Positions 56,722-64,000 of a DNA stretch of 64,000 nt are shown piece by piece. Every line of letters begins with the position of its first letter. The stretch's first letter is position 1. The stretch covers positions 18,662,001 through 18,726,000 of the forward strand of contig OZ116710.1 in the NCBI GenBank assembly GCA_964199315.1, written 5' to 3'. Made by a program: the position numbers and the translations under genes. The stretch comes from Orbicella franksi. Its lineage: Eukaryota. Under the pieces are notes generated by a model. The model was not told the origin of the DNA and did no database searches. It was given only the letters and a program-made list of their open reading frames with translations.

Positions 56722-59700
56722 TTAATTTTTTTTAAAAAAAGAATGTTTCTTTGGCCGATACTTTGCATGCAGCTTTTTTGCAATAGTCAAAGTGTCACCA
56801 ACAGGACTGTCTGGAAATGAACTGGTGTCTTGCATCCACTGTGTTTCCTGTCCTAAGACGGCAGCATTAAACTTGTTACTGTCAAATGGAGTTCCATGTG
56901 CAATTGCGTCCAGAAGAAAAGACACAAAGAGTTGCCAGCGTGGTTTGTAGTAACTATTCACAAGACCGCCCCACATCTTGTTAGCATAGTCATCAATATT
57001 TCCACGAGGACCCCACAAAGTAATTTGGTTACGAGCATTGTACTCGTACAACTTGCTCTCCTGCACATTTGTTGCAAGTGCCTTGGCACTGTTGAGCCAA
57101 TGTCCTAACAAGAAATACTGGTTTGACGAGAGAATGGCATCCATGTCGGTAAATAATTGAAACAACTTTGTAGCTGCTGCTTGAACTTCAGTTTTTGACT
57201 TGTTATGGTAGCCAGAGAGCACTTCATAATAGATGTTCACTGCAATGAGTTGCAGGGACTGTCGAGTTACATCCACCAAGTCATACCTTTGAGAAAGAAA
57301 CATTTCAGACCATGAACCATCCGTACAACCAATTGAATAATATCCTGCATAGAGGTATTTCCTTTCAGAGAGGGGCTCATGAAAGCTTGCAGTGTAAGAC
57401 GGAGCAATTAAGCTATTGACAGGGAGTGCTGACTACTTCACTGTGTTGTTCTGGAAAATATCCTTCCCTCCCCCCCCCCCCCCCCCCCTCCACCCAAGGA
57501 AGGTATAGTGGTTTCGTGTCCCCCACCCATCTGGAAATTCCAGTTTAGCTTCATACTTTCAGTTTCTAAATTGAGCTTGGGAAATCCCCCTCCTGTTTGG
57601 AATCTCCAGTGATCTTCCTGTTTTAAATACCAGAAAATTTAAATGACCCATTTGGCAAATGAACCAAATGCACATGAAGTTAGATAGTCTGTCCACAGAT
57701 CCTACATTTTGTTTTTAGTTCATCAAGGCTGCAAGCTTAGCAAAATATTTACCTGGTGCCTGGGAAATGAGTGAGACAAAATGCAAAGTGGTGGAGTTGG
57801 AGAAAGACAAAAAAAAGGTCTGAGTTAGAGCTATAAGAAAGGCACCATCTAAATCTGTCTTCTATTGTGAACACTGAAGTTGCTAGCCCTATGTGATAAT
57901 CACCTGAAAGGTTCTACTGGACTGAAGCTGTCTGCCGACAAAACCATTGCATCCCATGCTTCCCACACGTCCTCAGGTGTGTACCACTGATTGAACTTTA
58001 AATGAAGTGATGGGCGGTTCACAATGACTGAATGAACGTGATCAGCATGCCCATCAGTACAGTTGTAGACACTTCTGCTAAGCAGCATCCAAGCATTAAG
58101 AGAATAGTTGTTCATGCCACCATACCTCCTGTAGGAGTAATCTTTAACCCAGGACATGATGTCAACCTGCTCTGACCTCCACCCCATCTCATTCATTAGC
58201 TCATAGATGACATCATTTTGTTCAATTCCTTCTGGTGTTAGTCCTGTACCAATCATGGTAGAGCCTTCATGGCCATGAGCATCAATGGGCCCTAAAAATG
58301 GCATGGAGAGTGAGGTGCATTATCATTAGGTTTTTTTTTTACTTCATCCAGGTTAAAAATGAAACTATCCAATTACTAATCTGCTATTGAATACCACATT
58401 AGTTTTTTTTTTTATAACAGGCAACTAGTTAACTTAGATGGTTTTCTCAACAGAGGCTGTGGATAAGGTTCACAGCCACATTAGATTTTCCAAAATTTAA
58501 GGTGGCTCTGAACCCTCTCTGACTTTTTTTAAATTTTGTAACTGTTGAAACTGTTTTGAACCACCTTAATGAACCACAATTAGGTGTGACATTTATATAA
58601 TCACACATACCTGAAACAACACTCATAAAGTTTCCATAAAAACCAATATTTCCTCCAAAGTTATGAAGCATACACCAAATAAATGGCTGCCCATAAAAGG
58701 ACTCTGTTCTTTGCCAAACAGGGCTTACTTCTGCATACAAATCCAAGACAATCATTTGACCTTTAGGTACCCCTTTAAAGAAAGAAAAAAACAATATTTA
58801 AAAATATAGCTTGAGGACAACCTCATTCCCAGTGTCTCTCATCTTTCTGCCCTCTCCGAGCAAGAGAGAGGAACCACCATGATGTTGATGATTAAAATAA
58901 ATCACGAGATTCAAAACATCAAAAACTTAGGCATGCAATGTTTATAGCAGTCTCTCAAGGGCCTTAATTATAACATAAAAAAGTAACTTTGAAACATGCT
59001 GGGGGGAGGGGAGGGGACTCCCATGTGAAAAAATCAAGTATGCTTGTAAGAAAATTTGAATTCAACCCCTAAAACAGACCAAATTATCTGGGTTGGACTT
59101 GCACTTTATTTGACCCCTAAAAGATATGACTTCAAACAGAGATGACAGCATTTTTTTAATTTCTTCAAGGGCACTGTAAAAGATACTCTAATTAGCAACT
59201 TAAAATAGGGGCATTTCAATCCGAACAAGCATCCAAGACCTTTTCATATGGGAGCTGGTCCCCACCCAGAGGATGTGTAACCTTTTTAGAAACATCTACA
59301 CTTGCCCCAAAGACAGCTTACTGGGAAACTTGCCATGCTTTAATTGGTGCTTTAATTGTGCCTCATAATTAGCTATAACCTGATGATAAAGAAGGAACTG
59401 TCAATAGACTATTACCTTGTAACAATGCCTTGATTTGTGGTGGCTTCCAAAATCCAGTATCCTGAAAAAGCCACCCCTGCATAAGCCAGATAGCCTTTGG
59501 ATCACCTGCAAGCATTCCGTCATACACTGCTTTACTGGCACTGGAAAGATAGGAGGGCTCACTTGAACCTGGGGTCATCTCATTGAAAGTATCAGCATTG
59601 TAAATGTGATCTGTTCCAAACTCTGAGGTCATTGCTTTGATAAATGTTCTACCAATTTGCTGTAATGGGCATTCATAATAAGTTCATACTATTAGTAAAA

Positions 59701-62700
59701 GAAAGTACAGGTACCAACTGAAGACAGTTTTTAGCACAGAGTGCACTATTGGGATGGTTTAAAGAGCTGTTGTTCGCTAAGGCACTAACACAATAATGCA
59801 CTACTGCAATAACAGCATAAGGTGCAAACTTTAATGTTTGCTTAATTAATTAATTTCAATTAATCAATTAGCCTTGCAGGAAGGGGGACTGGGTGGGGTA
59901 GCTATAGGTACCTGTTTGCATTACGCAAAACGTGTCATACTTACTTTGCTTTCTTTGATAACATGACAAAAATATATCATGGTTTTGCAAATCCCATTCT
60001 ATCCTTGTGGTGTGGCTAAGAACAAAAGTAATTTGCTCCAAATGCATGCACAGATTAGTTAGCGTCAAAGTTGACTATATATTAGGTAAAAGATACATTT
60101 CATACGGGACTACCCACGAACATTGAGTGCTTTTCCTCATGGTAGAACATAATGTGTAAGACGCATGCATTCTAGCATTGCTAGTGTGATAAGCTCCATT
60201 CTCGAGTTCAGATGCTAGGTTCAGAGTTTTGGCTGGGAAAAGCAGCTATATCTCAGGTAACATCAGTTCTCCTTTTTTACTGTTATTTTAGCATAAAATA
60301 AAGGCTAATGTTGGCAAGCAACTTTAAGCTTAGATGAGCCCACACTCATCTCTGCTGTCCTTGACGGCACATGCCTTTCCATATTTGGTAAACACTATTT
60401 AAGCGTAGTACGCCATGCGAGTAATCAGTTTCTCCCTTCTCTAACTCCGCTGTTTTATAACTATTGTGTGTTTGCCAGAGCTCAAATAAAGAATGGAAAT
60501 GTATTGCTTTTCCTTAGCAGCTTGTTTGTTTCCTCTGTCCTGAGTGACTCCTGATCTCATGTCAAATTCTCCTCTTTTTGTGGAAGGAAGCAAAAACCAA
60601 TTTATCACAAGAATCTTGCAGTGTATCAGATGTCACATAGGGTCTTCTTCCATTCAGCCCTTCAGTTGAGATATTTATGCAAAATTTATTTGTTCATTTA
60701 TTTACCTTAAAAAGAGGGTCAGTGGGATCCAAAAGATACGTGCAACAGTATGTGCTATTGAAGTGGCCCCAGTCACCAAGTCTTGAAACATTGGCCTTTG
60801 GGAAGACTCTGGTCAAACCTTCTGGCACATGTCCAGCAAAACCTGGAAGCACAGGGGTCATACCAAAAGCTCGCATCTGGTCCAAGATCTTATGCTGTAA
60901 TTGCAACTGATTTGTGTGCCATGATGATGGAAGAGGGCCTCCCCAACCACGCAGGTTTCCCATTCTTGCCCTATTGAAAACCAAGTAAAAAAAAAATGTT
61001 ACAACTGAGTTCATAGATCATCAGATTCTCCTAACTAGGCAAGTAAGAAAAAAGCTGGAAAAGGTTAGGAGAATTTGACTGTTGATAACAAGATCTACAT
61101 ACCAAGCAAGAAAGGCTGGTCCCCCAAAATGTTGATCAATCTCTTGCTGAGTGAGACCGATTCTCAGGTAAACTTTTTGCCAGATCGCCTCTTGTCCATT
61201 GAAAGCTAGCGGCAAATTAATGCCATTCATGGCCATCCAGTCAATTTCACGCTCCCAGCGAGTCCAGTTCCACCATACAAAAGAGTAACTTACTGTACAC
61301 ACATTCTGGTAATAGCGAAATCTGAGGGAATATGCACAATCAAAATAATGACGGTTATTAATATAACTTGATGTGTTTACTTTTCATGAATACTTAGTGG
61401 TCAAAATTGCATAGAAGCTCTGTGGATCTACAAGGAGGGTGACTGGGTTGGGAATGAGGTGGAACCTAACAAAACAAGTTGGTTCTTCTTTGCTTTTAGA
61501 ATTTTCATCCACAAGGAAACTGCACACATACTTGGTAGAAAATTCTGTCAACTTGTTTCTCTTAGAAAATACTGATAAACCTGCTACTTTTAAAAAAAAA
61601 CATCACTCACATTGAGTTCAAACAATAATGAGCAAGCAGTTTGCTTCTACCTATTACATTAAGGTACAATGAATATGTATTGCACAATATTTCTGAGTAA
61701 AAATGTTCATATTGAATTCCATTTCAATGTGGACTGTATATAAGAGGTTAGCTCTGGGCATAAGTTTTTCCATTAATTCTGGATTAATACTTTAAGTCAG
61801 AGATGTCATGAGCTTTACAGTCAGCATTTGTAGGCCACACAATTATTTAGATTGCATGATACCCTTCCTGGAGTTTCCAAAATTAATGTAGTTTCCGTGT
61901 GTGGCTGTTATTGATGCCATGTTATGGGGATAATAGCTGGCAGAAATACTGATAAAGTTTAGCCATAATGAGCTGCTAAGGTGAAAAAAGGTTAACTCTA
62001 CATACAAGCTTAGTGGCCTGGTGCTTATCTCCAGTTTCTGTGTCATGAAGTAACTAGGAGTATTTCTACTTCTGACTGGATGGGATGCTAGACCATCACA
62101 AGGTTACCCCCAGCATTAAATTTGCCAGTACCCATTAATACACCTGGATGGAGAGAGGCACTGTGAGCGTAAAGAACAAACCACAATGGATCACAATGTC
62201 CCCAGCCAGTGCTTAAGCCCAGACCACTCAATCCAGAGGCAAGCGCACTAACCATGAGGCCACTGCACCACTATATGCCGCTAACAGTGGAGTCCAGTTT
62301 CCGGGAAGACAACTGCACGTCTGCATGTAGGGCATAATAGGAGCTCTGATCTCACAAGACATGCAGGGGTGGAGAGAAGTGTGTTCCAAGGAACATCATG
62401 TTTCCTGTACATTTCACTCCCAATTTCCACCTCTACCTTCTAATGATTCAATCCACTTTGGTGCCTTTTCTCTTGTCAAGTGTTACAAAGTTGCACAATT
62501 TTTCCCATTTTCTTCCAGGTTTTTTCCCCTGTACAGTTCCCTCCTCCCCCTCCCCCGCCCATAAAGAAGAGATTGTGGAGCAATTTAGAAATACCTGTTT
62601 GGACTGGTTACCATGACTGTTTTTTGCACAACAGGGAATGGTTCTGGAATCTTGAGCTGATCTCCACTCCATGAAACATGAGCGTGACAACTGTACTTGA

Positions 62701-63031
62701 GAAAGTGCTGAAACCCCAGTGCTGCAGCCACCCCAGTTGTGCCAGTTATAACAAGCTTTCCTTCTGTAGTGTCTGTAACGTATTCAAAAGTGTCTAGATC
62801 TGAATGGGGTCCGAGGCTTGAGTTCACTCTTATGAGGAACTTGGAGGCGTGTTTCGGAATGAGTCGTGTGATGAGATCTTTCACGGTCTGTTCTTGCGCT
62901 GCTTGGGGGGTTTTCGTCTTAATATGAGAAAACTGCTTGAACCTAGAGCTGTTGATTTTCACCCCCCAACACACCTGGATCAAAATCGACCCAAGTGTGA
63001 AGGGAACAAAGCCGAATTTCTTAGCCAACAT
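56722..63031 (-). CDS. NAGLU: Alpha-N-acetylglucosaminidase (GH89), 7 exons, about 759 aa
   Basis: Exons 63031-62595, 61321-61103, 60970-60706, 59659-59416, 58772-58611, 58291-57904, 57286-56722 (2280 nt, phases consistent). Signal peptide; motifs [110 protein letters not shown]. Confidence 0.96.
59728..60545. mobile_element. Dispersed repeat, copy 2 of 50846-51590 family
   Basis: Collinear homology in the same orientation as copy 1. Confidence 0.75.
61990..62269 (-). mobile_element. Decayed copy of the 11544-11835 SINE
   Basis: Alignable over about 280 bp (ctaggagtatttctac..ggatgggatgctag..gttacccccagcattaa..gagagaggcactgtgag..cactaaccatgaggcc); B box degraded. Confidence 0.85.
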
Positions 63032-63167
63032 ATTCCCTGATGTCCCTTTCGTTCCCGATGGAAGCACGCGCGAGATCGTCCCGCGGAAAGGCTTACATGC
63101 GTGGCTACCAAGTCCTCAGCGTGGCCACAAAGCCAAACACAAAAATTGTAAGGAACTGAAGGAAAGA
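63032..63167. promoter_or_regulatory. Compact bidirectional promoter/5'UTRs of NAGLU and TCF25
   Basis: Only 136 bp between the two divergent ATGs; CpG-rich. Confidence 0.7.
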
Positions 63168-63311
63168 ATGTCGTCTCGTGTTTTGAGGAAGTTACAGGGT
63201 GATAAAGAATTGGAAATCTCACGCGGTGACGATGAGGACGAAGATGAATTGAATTTTGCATCAGTTAAGTCGAAAAAGAAACAGAAAGCTGTTGTAAATC
63301 CTTTTGATTTG
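63168..63311 (+). CDS. TCF25: First coding exon of TCF25/Nulp1 (Rqc1 homolog, ribosome quality control); gene continues beyond window
   Basis: MSSRVLRKLQGDKELE...acidic...KKKQKAVVNPFDL then TTG|GTGAGT donor. Matches the recalled N-termini MSSRALRRLQ (Rqc1) and MSRRALRRLRG..NNRFEL (TCF25). Confidence 0.72.
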
Positions 63312-64000
63312 GTGAGTACTAAGTATCTACACACGTACACAGTCCTGGCCCGTAACCCACACGTAAGCTTATGTCGTAAGTTTAACTTTTTTCTGCCGTT
63401 ATGACAATTTGGTGAATCGAAATTTATTAGGTTTTCCTTATATTTCCGAGCTAAAAGCAAGCAAAACATCCACAGGAAAAGCTTCAATGTGTACTTTATA
63501 AGTTATTAGAATTAATTAAGCTCATTTATTATAATAAATTAGTGGTATTCGTATGACTGCGAATGCAATTAAGTAAATCTCTCCTCCCTCCCCCCCCCCC
63601 CCCCCCCACGACCAGACCTGGGATGGGTAATGCAGGGGCTTTCACATGATATTTCTTCTAGTTTGGTCCCCTGGTAGGCAGGGAGTATGCTCGAAATCAT
63701 GGGTACCCTGAAAACACTGACCCCTGGTCCCAGTCTGCGGACCCCCTCTAAGGACCAGTTCCACAGACTGCCTATGGACCAGTCCACAGACTACCCCTAC
63801 GGACCCCCTCAACAGACCAACCCCCGAAATGGAATAAAAATAATAAAGAAATATTTCAGTTATGGGATGGCTAATAGATTACTCATGTCAGCAAAATTTC
63901 GAACGTTGCATTTTGCAAATAGACTTGAGTTCAGGCTCAAGCGCAATTTATATCATTACACATTGCCATTTCCTTTGCCGTGGCCATACAGTATATGAAA

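Noticed and set aside
62937-63167. N-terminal part of the 155-aa plus ORF
   Set aside because: It overlaps NAGLU exon 1 in antisense; TCF25 similarity begins at ATG 63168.
33360-63311. RBL and TCF25 linkage as ancient synteny (human RBL2 and TCF25 are both on chromosome 16)
   Set aside because: One gene pair that is far apart in human is not evidence without a genome-wide synteny analysis.
1-64000. CRISPR arrays, rRNA, prokaryotic operons or defence systems
   Set aside because: No regularly spaced repeat-spacer array or rRNA-like sequence; the window is intron-rich animal DNA.

Overview
Eukaryotic (animal) genomic DNA, most likely an anthozoan cnidarian such as a stony coral. The taxon is inferred from recognisable repeat families, gene content and CpG pattern, not proven. 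Six protein-coding genes were reconstructed by hand from GT-AG splice sites with consistent phases: RNF31/HOIP (minus, 18 coding exons, 3' end outside the window), intronless POMGNT2 (plus), an intronless multi-pass membrane protein resembling gustatory-receptor-like/7TM ion channels (minus), an RBL1/RBL2-type pocket protein (plus, 29 exons, about 1085 aa), NAGLU (minus, 7 exons, about 759 aa) and the first exon of TCF25/Rqc1 (plus). Introns hold many non-autonomous mobile elements, several nested and many with clear TIRs and TSDs. The most notable items are: (1) Penelope-type terminal repeats carrying minimal hammerhead ribozyme motifs, including a 103-bp-arm fold-back in an RBL intron whose antisense ribozyme core is intact while the sense copy has a core G12A change; (2) a fold-back tRNA-derived SINE with a 12-bp TSD nested in a Penelope element; (3) a 1.47-kb TTAA/GG-ended element with a once-interrupted 140-codon ORF; (4) the GRL-like gene; (5) an E2F + CHR (DREAM-type) layout in the RBL promoter. 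No rRNA, intact tRNA gene or CRISPR array was seen. No database searches were possible, so family names rest on recalled motifs.
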